From a virus: a stretch of DNA of 43,327 nucleotides. This document shows positions 30,613-37,770 of this stretch, piece by piece (the stretch's first letter is position 1; the number at the start of each line of letters is the position of its first letter). The DNA is taken from positions 1 through 43,327 of the IMG/VR virus record IMGVR_UViG_3300045988_005956; one strand, written 5' to 3'. The position numbers and the translations under genes were made by a program. The notes beneath the pieces were generated by a model. The model saw nothing but the letters and a program-made list of their open reading frames with translations, did no database searches and was not told the DNA's origin.

Positions 30613-30641
30613 ATTATATACGGTATTACCGTATATGTCAA
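30613..30641 (-). promoter_or_regulatory. Perfect consensus sigma-A promoter TTGACA-N17-TATAAT
   Basis: The -35 box lies at 30641-30636 and the -10 box at 30618-30613 (minus strand). It is about 45 nt upstream of the ATG at 30567. Confidence 0.8.
30616..30636. promoter_or_regulatory. Operator-like perfect palindrome ATATACGGTA-T-TACCGTATAT filling the promoter spacer
   Basis: The 10-bp arms are read directly. The palindrome overlaps the -10 box and touches the -35 box. Confidence 0.7.
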
Positions 30642-30660
30642 GGGCTTTTCAAAAATTTTT

Positions 30661-30694
30661 ATAAAAAAATAAGCGCCGAGAAACCGGCGCTTAT
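30661..30694 (-). terminator. Intrinsic terminator (ATAAGCGCCG-loop-CGGCGCTTAT followed by TTTTTTAT on the minus strand)
   Basis: The hairpin is seen directly, 2 nt after the stop of 30696-30944. Confidence 0.8.
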
Positions 30695-30695
30695 C

Positions 30696-30944
30696 TCAGT
30701 TATACAGTTTGTTGGATGTCCGCTGCATCTCCCGCACGATACCGGGAAGCCGCCTCTGTACCGTAGCGCGGCCAATATACAGCTCTGTCGCAACGTCAAC
30801 CTGTGGGAGCTTATCCACAAAGTAGAGCTGCGCGATCTTTGCGTCTTCGCGGCCGAGATTCGATTGGTAAATAACCGTCTCCATATCCCGGCGCATCAGT
30901 CCGCCAAGCTCCGGCGGGAGTTTTGCCCGCGCCTGCGGTGCCAT
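30696..30944 (-). CDS. Sigma-70 region-4-like HTH protein (82 aa)
   Basis: The sequence is EDAKIAQLYFVDKLPQVDVATELYIGRATVQRRL. The RBS AAGGTGG lies 12 nt after the endolysin stop. Confidence 0.55.
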   Translation of the reverse strand: MAPQARAKLPPELGGLMRRDMETVIYQSNLGREDAKIAQLYFVDKLPQVDVATELYIGRATVQRRLPGIVREMQRTSNKLYN

Positions 30945-30956
30945 AATAACACCACC

Positions 30957-31649
30957 TTACTTCATCGCAGCTGCGAGTTTTTTGAGAAGATCGTCGCCGT
31001 ATTTATACGCGGCGAGGTAATCGATCGTGCTGTCTGTAAGACCAGCCTTCTGCTTGATGGTCTTCTTTGCTTCCTCGACGGCCTCGTCGACCTTCACGGT
31101 GTCGTACTCGACCCAAGGGAGCTTTCCGTGCTTCCGCCAATTGCGGGCGTGGTAGCCTGCTTTCGTGCCGATGTTCTGGACGGCGGTGATCTGTGCGCCG
31201 TTGTCCCAGATCGGGGTGCATTCGACCGCCAGACCATCACCGATGTACATGCCCCAGTGACCGGGCATCCAGAGACCTTCGCCTGGAATCAGCTTGTCCC
31301 AGCCGATGCCGGACACGGCGTAGCACTTGGCGATCATGCCGTCGGCGGAGACATCCGGCACGCTGTTCGAGGCGTACCTTGCACCGCCGTAGTAAGCGTT
31401 TTTGTTGCCGTTCCAGCCCCAGAGAATGCCCTTCGTGAGGTTCACGCAGTCAAAGCCATAGACAACTTTTCCGATGAGGCTGCGCAGATATGTGACTCTG
31501 CCGCTGGTGTACCAGTCCGGGTACTGGGCGGATTTCTCGTCAATGATCGTTTCGCTCACGGGAGAGCCGAAGCAGCCCCACATGTAGACGGTCTTGTAGT
31601 TCTTCGCAACGTCAATGTGCCTGCGCACAAGCTCAGATGCTTTCATCAT
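30957..31649 (-). CDS. Endolysin, NlpC/P60 (C40 peptidase)-like
   Basis: The motifs are YMWGCFG, FDCVNLTKG (Cys) and GHWGMYIGDG (His). It lies immediately after the holin-like genes. Confidence 0.7.
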   Translation of the reverse strand: MMKASELVRRHIDVAKNYKTVYMWGCFGSPVSETIIDEKSAQYPDWYTSGRVTYLRSLIGKVVYGFDCVNLTKGILWGWNGNKNAYYGGARYASNSVPDVSADGMIAKCYAVSGIGWDKLIPGEGLWMPGHWGMYIGDGLAVECTPIWDNGAQITAVQNIGTKAGYHARNWRKHGKLPWVEYDTVKVDEAVEEAKKTIKQKAGLTDSTIDYLAAYKYGDDLLKKLAAAMK

Positions 31650-31885
31650 TTCTTTTCGACCTCCTGCGGCGTACTCGCACTGTCAAGCACATCCTGCGTC
31701 TTCTGGGACTGGGTCCCGAAATAAAACGCGATAATGACGGCGTAGATCGTCATAAAGTCCTGCGAGATCTTACCGGCTACAGACATGTACGCAAACACGC
31801 CCGTCAGGACCAGCGTAACCAGAGACTTGACGCTGAGCAAATTGCCCAGCCGCTTTTTAATGTTATCCATATGTACCCCTTTCAT
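31646..31885 (-). CDS. Holin (2 TM)
   Basis: 79 aa with hydrophobic segments LVTLVLTGVFAYMSV and IYAVIIAFYFG. An alternative start lies at 31870. Confidence 0.6.
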   Translation of the reverse strand: MKGVHMDNIKKRLGNLLSVKSLVTLVLTGVFAYMSVAGKISQDFMTIYAVIIAFYFGTQSQKTQDVLDSASTPQEVEKK

Positions 31886-32145
31886 TCTACCGGTTCATTT
31901 TTCTTTGCGAATACTCGTTTAAATGCCAGCAGGCCCAGCTCTGTTACTGCCGCGCCCCCGGCGTAGCCGAGCACGTCGGACAGGTCGACCGACGTACCAA
32001 GCTCCGGGTTGCTTCCGACTGCGATAAGGACAGCGATGGTTTTAAGCGCGCACGCCCAGATCAGCACCATCGTCAGGAGTCTGAGCAGATAGATGACGAT
32101 GGTGCGCGCCATCTCGCCTTTGCTCCACTTGCCTTTTACCCGCAT
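31882..32145 (-). CDS. Holin-like membrane protein
   Basis: 87 aa with an RBS (GGGAGG) and 2-3 hydrophobic helices. Confidence 0.55.
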   Translation of the reverse strand: MRVKGKWSKGEMARTIVIYLLRLLTMVLIWACALKTIAVLIAVGSNPELGTSVDLSDVLGYAGGAAVTELGLLAFKRVFAKKNEPVE

Positions 32146-32159
32146 ATCCGCCTCCCGTT

Positions 32160-32504
32160 TTATTGCGCGATGCTATGCTCGCACTGCGCCTCCAGCTGAT
32201 GCAAAAACTTTTTTACATCGCCGTTTCCGCCCAGCTTGACGTATTTCTGCCCGGCAATCAGGCGCTCTGCCATCGGCATCTCCTCGGACATGATCGTCAA
32301 CCGCAGGATTGCAAGATACTGCTCGTCCTGATGCTCCTGCATTTTGCCGAGCTTTTTGTCGATCTCTGCAAGGTGCGTATCCTGCGTCGTGGTCTTCCCG
32401 CGCTTTTTCTGTATCGCGCTGACGACGGCATTGACGACCGCCGTCAGCGCGGACGAGCCGAGCACGGCGCAGACGAGGGTAACGATGATGGTCTTGGTGT
32501 CCAT
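32160..32504 (-). CDS. N-terminally anchored membrane protein (lysis-cassette associated)
   Basis: The RBS is AAAGGAGA. The TM segment is IIVTLVCAVLGSSALTAVVNAVV, followed by a charged helical tail. Confidence 0.5.
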   Translation of the reverse strand: MDTKTIIVTLVCAVLGSSALTAVVNAVVSAIQKKRGKTTTQDTHLAEIDKKLGKMQEHQDEQYLAILRLTIMSEEMPMAERLIAGQKYVKLGGNGDVKKFLHQLEAQCEHSIAQ

Positions 32505-32534
32505 GTGTTCTCCTTTCTCGCCCTCGGGCGGCTG

Positions 32535-33200
32535 TTATCCTTCTACATCCCATGCCTGCGGATACTCCGCGAGACTATATGCTGTGTCCTGGTTAGCTTT
32601 GGTGAACTTTCCGCCCTGCACTGCCCATTCTCCCGCCTTGTAAATATCGTGCGCGCCCGTCGGATGGACAAACTGCCGTGCCGTCTCGCGCGATGTCCCG
32701 TGATATGGCTTGTTGAACGTGTACCAGGCAGTCTTCCCCGGCGCGATATCCGGATAGACCGCGTTGTCATACGCCTGAAAACAAGTCCACGGCTCTCCAT
32801 CAACAAGGAACGTTTCACCCACTGTGTGCTTTCCCGCCGTCCATTCCGGGTACAGTGCGGAACACCGGATGATCTCGTCTGCTGTTTCCAGCTTCACATC
32901 CTTCATCAAAAACTGCACCGCGTATGCTATAGACGCATCCAAGTCGTATTCTACCGGCTCCTGCGCCATCGGCTGCGGCAGTGGAATATTGGTAAGCACC
33001 CAGAGCCCATCTGTAATTTCCTGCCGGAGATAATCTGCCGTGTCGAATGTCTGCATCTGGAAGCCATTGTTCGTGTAGACCGCAATAGACCCGGACAGAG
33101 CAGAAACGCCAGCCAAGCTTGCACCCTCAAACCGTACCGTCCCATCTGTGCGCGTCACGCGGATATTCGGGTACTGTATAGACTGATTTGTAATGTACAT
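32535..33200 (-). CDS. Tail-associated protein with a C-terminal carbohydrate-binding-like (CBM5/12-like) region
   Basis: The RBS is AGGAGA. The aromatic-rich C-terminus is YPEWTAGKHTVGETFLVDGEPWTCFQAY...AWYTFNKPYHG. Confidence 0.45.
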   Translation of the reverse strand: MYITNQSIQYPNIRVTRTDGTVRFEGASLAGVSALSGSIAVYTNNGFQMQTFDTADYLRQEITDGLWVLTNIPLPQPMAQEPVEYDLDASIAYAVQFLMKDVKLETADEIIRCSALYPEWTAGKHTVGETFLVDGEPWTCFQAYDNAVYPDIAPGKTAWYTFNKPYHGTSRETARQFVHPTGAHDIYKAGEWAVQGGKFTKANQDTAYSLAEYPQAWDVEG

Positions 33201-33209
33201 TCTGATCTC

Positions 33210-33536
33210 CTATCCCATCGTGATATCGCAAATATAGTATGAGCCGCTGTTATTGGTTTTTCTATCGAATGCAATGGCTGCGTTCCCGGTCACCTTCAGT
33301 GCGTACGTTCCGATCCCGGCCATCACCAGTTCCCCATTGAGAGTTATCTTGCAGCGGGTCTCATTACCGCCTACATAGACGTCAACTGTCGCGTCCGGCT
33401 TCACTTCTACCGTTGCCGTCGCCGTATATTTCGTTTCTCCAATTGTCGCATATGCGTTTTGGGGACTAAGATCGCCGGATATATCCACTGTGAAGTGTTC
33501 CGGGGTCGGAAGACCTCTTCTCAAAAACATTCCCAT
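33210..33536 (-). CDS. Small beta-rich tail-module protein
   Basis: 108 aa with an AGGAGG RBS. Confidence 0.5.
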   Translation of the reverse strand: MGMFLRRGLPTPEHFTVDISGDLSPQNAYATIGETKYTATATVEVKPDATVDVYVGGNETRCKITLNGELVMAGIGTYALKVTGNAAIAFDRKTNNSGSYYICDITMG

Positions 33537-33545
33537 AACGGCCTC

Positions 33546-34208
33546 CTAAAAGCAAAAGCAAAACGCCGTTCTAGTCGCCTCGGAGGTTATGCCTTTGCTG
33601 GATGGGGTACCCAAAATGCTAATCGCATAGACATTACTTCCGCCGGCGCGTGTCCGTGTCCACCATGCTACTTCTCCCCCCGCCATTTGCTTTACGCTAT
33701 AAAGCTGATGGGAATAGTACGCATACTGCATACCTTCGGCAGCGTCTACGCCGGAATTACCAGGTTGTCCGACCTCCACTACCGACGGGAGAAACAATTT
33801 ATCTGCTGTTGTATCGATACTTGAACCGTGTTTCGTCAGCTTGGTTACCTCTCGAATCCCGCTTTGTACCTCTGCCGGCATAAGCGCAAGGATCGCCGGA
33901 AGCGTTTCCGTCCGCATAATGCTATCGATCCACGCAGAGCCGCCGGTGATTCCGTATCGTCCCGCCGCATAACAGTCGTGCAGCTGGAGTGTCAGCGGTG
34001 CCTTGCCCGAGCCATCCGCGTAATCATCATGGTTCATGCCGATAATGTCGATTCGGTATTCTGCGCCGTTAATCGTCATGTTCTTCCAGTCATGCACCTT
34101 CCACTCTTGCGGGATTTGCTTACTCTGGCAGGCCGCTATGATCTGCGCCCACGACCACCCGGCAAACCCTACCGGCTTTTCGATCCATCTAGGGCTTCTT
34201 CCGCTCAT
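33546..34208 (-). CDS. DUF6273-like tail-module protein
   Basis: The sequence is ...DKLFLPSVVEVG...VAWWTRT..., which fits the pattern of the FLLS..E...YWWLRS family. This is from memory. Confidence 0.45.
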   Translation of the reverse strand: MSGRSPRWIEKPVGFAGWSWAQIIAACQSKQIPQEWKVHDWKNMTINGAEYRIDIIGMNHDDYADGSGKAPLTLQLHDCYAAGRYGITGGSAWIDSIMRTETLPAILALMPAEVQSGIREVTKLTKHGSSIDTTADKLFLPSVVEVGQPGNSGVDAAEGMQYAYYSHQLYSVKQMAGGEVAWWTRTRAGGSNVYAISILGTPSSKGITSEATRTAFCFCF

Positions 34209-34630
34209 CCAAATACCACCACCTTAATTGGAATGTTGATCTCCGGTGGCGCGCCGATGCACTGCGCGGTCAGACTGTTCGCACCTGTCGTAAAGTTACT
34301 GACGCGGGAGAACCCCGTCAGAAGTGCGCTGTCTGCGTCCTTGTCCATCCCGGAAAGTGCAACGTCCCACTGCGGGTCAACATCGTAGGATGCCTTTAGC
34401 CCATCTATCGTGATCGTCTGCGCCTGGTAGCCGTGCGAATCCGCAGCCCAGCCCGAGGCGAGAAGCGTGCCGGTGTACTGTTTTATGTTCATAGGCTCAT
34501 ACACTCCTGTAATCAGCTCGCCCGCCGCGTTGTGCGCCGTCGCGCCCTTGAGAAGTGTCTCCGGCGTTACGGTGTCGGCGGTCAGGTCAAGCTTGATTTC
34601 GCCGTTCAGGGCGACTTTGTTGACTGCCAT
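34205..34630 (-). CDS. Tail fibre-associated protein, N-terminal paralog of 34632-35219
   Basis: The shared motif is NK(V/L)..G.E(I/V)KLDL(T/S).DT(V/I)....L.KG.TAH...G..ITG. Confidence 0.55.
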   Translation of the reverse strand: MAVNKVALNGEIKLDLTADTVTPETLLKGATAHNAAGELITGVYEPMNIKQYTGTLLASGWAADSHGYQAQTITIDGLKASYDVDPQWDVALSGMDKDADSALLTGFSRVSNFTTGANSLTAQCIGAPPEINIPIKVVVFG

Positions 34631-34631
34631 C

Positions 34632-35219
34632 TCAGCCTCCGATCTGGAGCGTCTGCCCTCCTGCGGCGTTGTCGGTGTAGGTGACGGGAATCGCCGCGAC
34701 AGTCACCTGCGACAGATAGTCATACGTCTCATCCGGCGTCACGACCTGCTCGGCAAAGCTCGGCGTGACGTTCTTGTTCGCCTGTGCCTTGACCGCCTCG
34801 CCGCCGTAGCTGCCCACCACGCCGAGAATGGTAATGCCGGACTTGATATTGCCGGGAATGATTTTTGCTTTTTCTGTCGCCTTGATGCGCGCTTTGCCGG
34901 AGCCGTCGTGGAAGCCCATTGCAATTGTCGGCTCGTCTTCCGCATCGGCAATCTCGAGCGTCTTTGCGCCGTTGTCCGGCATGGTGCCGGTCAGCTTCGA
35001 GCCGCGCGCGTAGAATGTCTTGCCCTTCAGAACCTCCGCAACCGCAGCGTCCGCGTCCTGCGAGTTTACGTCAAATTCGTTCGTGCCGGTGATCGGCGCG
35101 CCGGACTTGTCGTGCGCGGTGACGCCCTTTTTGAGATCACTCGCGACAATGGTGTCGCCCGACAGGTCGAGCTTTACCTCCGTTCCGACGATCAGTTTGT
35201 TTACATACTTGTTTGCCAT
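34632..35219 (-). CDS. Tail fibre-associated protein
   Basis: The RBS is AGGAGTG. The shared N-terminal motif is described under 34205-34630. The C-terminal IPVTYTDNAAGGQTLQIG is shared with 35230-35484. Confidence 0.55.
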   Translation of the reverse strand: MANKYVNKLIVGTEVKLDLSGDTIVASDLKKGVTAHDKSGAPITGTNEFDVNSQDADAAVAEVLKGKTFYARGSKLTGTMPDNGAKTLEIADAEDEPTIAMGFHDGSGKARIKATEKAKIIPGNIKSGITILGVVGSYGGEAVKAQANKNVTPSFAEQVVTPDETYDYLSQVTVAAIPVTYTDNAAGGQTLQIGG

Positions 35220-35229
35220 ATGCTCACTC

Positions 35230-35484
35230 CTAACTGTTCATATACTCGTCGCCCATGATGAGCGTCAGCCCACCGGCGGCGTTGGATACTTCGTACTGTG
35301 GAATCTTTGCAACGTTCACGTCGCGGGACAAAAGCCGGTTTCTGGTCGGCAAGACCACCGGCTCGTAAGTCTTCGGCGTTACGTCGTATACGCCCTCATA
35401 GGGCTTGCTATCTCCAGTGTAAACCACCTTCGCCGGGGCGATCTTCATCTTGATCTCCGGCTGGGAAAGCGTCATTTTAATCAT
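35230..35484 (-). CDS. Small tail-module protein
   Basis: The RBS is AAGGAGG. The C-terminus is IPQYEVSNAAGGLTLIMG. Confidence 0.5.
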   Translation of the reverse strand: MIKMTLSQPEIKMKIAPAKVVYTGDSKPYEGVYDVTPKTYEPVVLPTRNRLLSRDVNVAKIPQYEVSNAAGGLTLIMGDEYMNS

Positions 35485-35770
35485 ATCCCGCCTCCTTCAA
35501 GAACTTTTTCGCGTCCGTCTGCACGATTTCAGCCGCCATCGGGTTTCCGTCGCCATCTGTTAAGGCAAGCTGTAGCCTTACGGTGCTTGCTTGCAGCCGC
35601 ATCGCGTCTGCATACGGGATTTTTACAAGCAGGTGCGTTTCGTCGACTACTGTAGGTTCATACTGGAAGAAGGAACATCCCTGCCTCACGTAAAACTCAA
35701 TCTTCGTCGCTTTCGTCAGGTCAGTTCCCTCTACTTCCACCGATAAAGCGTTCGCGATTTTCTGAAACAC
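35477..35770 (-). CDS. Small tail-module protein (GTG start)
   Basis: A GGGGGTG RBS lies 5 nt upstream of the GTG at 35770. Confidence 0.45.
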   Translation of the reverse strand: MFQKIANALSVEVEGTDLTKATKIEFYVRQGCSFFQYEPTVVDETHLLVKIPYADAMRLQASTVRLQLALTDGDGNPMAAEIVQTDAKKFLKEAGYD

Positions 35771-35774
35771 TTAA

Positions 35775-37289
35775 TCACCCCCCGCTCTGCTGTGATTCAA
35801 ATACATCCAGTTCGTTCTTTGCCTTGATGAACGTCGTCGTGTCGTCCGAAAGCGAGATGGTAGGCAAGAGGCGCGAATCATATGTGTAATCGTGATACGC
35901 CACACCGCCTTTGTAAGATGCCGTCGCCGTCATTCCCTGCAATGCCACTGCGGTAATCGCAGTAGTTGGTACAGTAGCTTGGTTGAACCCATCGTTTGGG
36001 CTGGACGTTGTCCAAACTTCTGTTTGCGTTGCAACCAGTAATGTTGATTCCGATGCAGATGCGTAACTTACGCAGGTAGTTGCCTGTTTGTTCTCTCCGG
36101 TAACAATAGAAGAACCCCAGTTTGTGAGATTTTCGGAAGAATAAACAGTCGACACTGGTCTATAAAATATTCCCGAACTGCTGTTGTACTGCGAATAGTA
36201 AGTCCCCAAAAAATAATACTTTCCAGATAGGAACACAACTTCTGACGCTGAATAACGTTTCATGACTACTGATTTGACAGGAGTTTTTATTTTCGTGAAG
36301 CTGGTTTCACTCCCATTTGCAACGTGCAGCTCTACATCACCGCTAAAAGAACTTCCAGTCTCCTGTCGGATTGCCGAAAGGAACCATTTTCCATTTGCGC
36401 TCGAGAACTTATATCCGAAAAATTTATTCCCGCTGATATCGTTAGTTTTCGTAATCATCGAATACTGCCAGCTACCAGAATCCAAAGGCGCATCCGAAAG
36501 AACCACATATGTTTTATCGGAATATTCGTCCGTGGAGCTTCCGTATCTTTCTATTGCAAATCCAAATTTCCCGTTACATTCAGCGATTCCGAAGAATCCG
36601 GTACCGTCTTTGCTATCTGATGGGAGTGTAACGCCCACCTGCGTCCAGCTTGTGTTCCCTTTTTCTCGAACCGCAATCTTGACGTTTATTCCGACACGGT
36701 ATGCGCACACGCAATAATCGTCAGATACTGCGAGCGAGCACATTATGCCTTCGTATGTAGTTTCGCTTCCTGTAAACGTCGCCTCTTCGGAAAACGTTCC
36801 ACCAACCGCGCTGGATTTCAAAATCTTGAAATTGCTACCAACCTGCGCACAAACAAACCACATCCCATCAAAATACACTGTATTTGAAACACTTTTTGCA
36901 TTGTAAGATGCCGGAAACGCATTCGTATCCCACGTTACCGCACCGCCCGTATTTCTCAGCACAGAACACAACTGCGGGTAGTTCTCAAACGTCACTGTGC
37001 TCCCGTCGCACTTCAACCACGCATCCCCCAAACTCTGCGCGGGGCTCGTCCGGATGGTGCCGATGGGTACGATGCGGTCGACCATGTGCCGGAATGCGTC
37101 GTCGACAAGCGGGTTCGCATACGGCAATCTGAGAAAGCGCCCCGTGGAATCTTGGAGCATTGTGCGCGTATTAAATGGCGTGCCGGTATCGTCCGGGTCG
37201 TCTGCACGCGTCATGTCGTAAGTATCTGTCTGTCCGGCAACGGGCTTGAGCTTTACCCGCCCCGGGTGCTTACTTGTTCGGTCTTTCAT
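35775..37289 (-). CDS. Tail fibre / receptor-binding protein with a phage tail-collar-like domain
   Basis: The ATG at 37289 follows GGGGGG. IVPIGTIRTSPAQSLGDAWLKCDGSTVTFENYPQLCSVL matches the tail collar pattern (G.I......GWL.CDG..L....Y..L). The beta-rich C-terminal region is about 380 aa. Confidence 0.65.
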   Translation of the reverse strand: MKDRTSKHPGRVKLKPVAGQTDTYDMTRADDPDDTGTPFNTRTMLQDSTGRFLRLPYANPLVDDAFRHMVDRIVPIGTIRTSPAQSLGDAWLKCDGSTVTFENYPQLCSVLRNTGGAVTWDTNAFPASYNAKSVSNTVYFDGMWFVCAQVGSNFKILKSSAVGGTFSEEATFTGSETTYEGIMCSLAVSDDYCVCAYRVGINVKIAVREKGNTSWTQVGVTLPSDSKDGTGFFGIAECNGKFGFAIERYGSSTDEYSDKTYVVLSDAPLDSGSWQYSMITKTNDISGNKFFGYKFSSANGKWFLSAIRQETGSSFSGDVELHVANGSETSFTKIKTPVKSVVMKRYSASEVVFLSGKYYFLGTYYSQYNSSSGIFYRPVSTVYSSENLTNWGSSIVTGENKQATTCVSYASASESTLLVATQTEVWTTSSPNDGFNQATVPTTAITAVALQGMTATASYKGGVAYHDYTYDSRLLPTISLSDDTTTFIKAKNELDVFESQQSGG

Positions 37290-37290
37290 G

Positions 37291-37770
37291 TTATCCCCCC
37301 ATGTCTCCTGCGTATAGTTCCTCGTCCGCGTAAACCCAGCCGACCTCCCGACTCTCCAACACGTCATCTACGGCGATGATCGTCTTTTCGATGTTGTTCG
37401 CGCCTTCCCAGTCTAGGTCGTTGATTTTTGCCGGAGGGCGCGGGGCAGGATTGACAACTGCGTCGTATACGGCGTTCGCGGATTCGATATAAGCGTCCAT
37501 AACGTCTTTGTCGAGCACTTCGTCAGAACCATAATCTTCCCGCACTTCTGCCGGAACATCGATACTGTGCGTTCTCAGCCTGTCGCGGATGGTGATAAGT
37601 GCCGTGCCGACGCGGTTCAGGTCAGACGCTTTGTAAGAGCCTTTCAAGCCAGCTTCAAAGTCTGCCTTTTCCTGCTCCGTGAAGTCGCTCCACAGCTTCT
37701 TGTAAAGCTTCTCAGCATAGGAAGCGTCAGCCTGCGTCCGGTCGGTGATTAAGGTTTTCATAATTCTCAT
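37291..37770 (-). CDS. Tail fibre-associated protein
   Basis: The start MRIMKTLITDRTQADASY...YKASDLNRVGTAL is an N-terminal motif common in Firmicutes phage fibre genes. Confidence 0.5.
   Translation of the reverse strand: MRIMKTLITDRTQADASYAEKLYKKLWSDFTEQEKADFEAGLKGSYKASDLNRVGTALITIRDRLRTHSIDVPAEVREDYGSDEVLDKDVMDAYIESANAVYDAVVNPAPRPPAKINDLDWEGANNIEKTIIAVDDVLESREVGWVYADEELYAGDMGG

Noticed and set aside
2336-33242. Large antisense or alternative-frame ORFs. Examples are 2336-3268 +, 5643-6896 +, 4757-5626 +, 23474-24322 - (long form), 25899-26522 -, 28134-29006 +, 30864-31724 +, 32163-33242 + and 34467-35258 +.
   Set aside because: - Each lies opposite to, or out of frame with, a gene that has an RBS, recognisable motifs and operon coupling.
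- Their translations are Arg/Ala/Cys-rich and look like nonsense, which is typical of shadow ORFs in GC-rich coding DNA.
32535-37770. Diversity-generating retroelement acting on the tail fibre genes
   Set aside because: - No reverse transcriptase ORF is present in the genome.
- I could not see a template/variable repeat pair.
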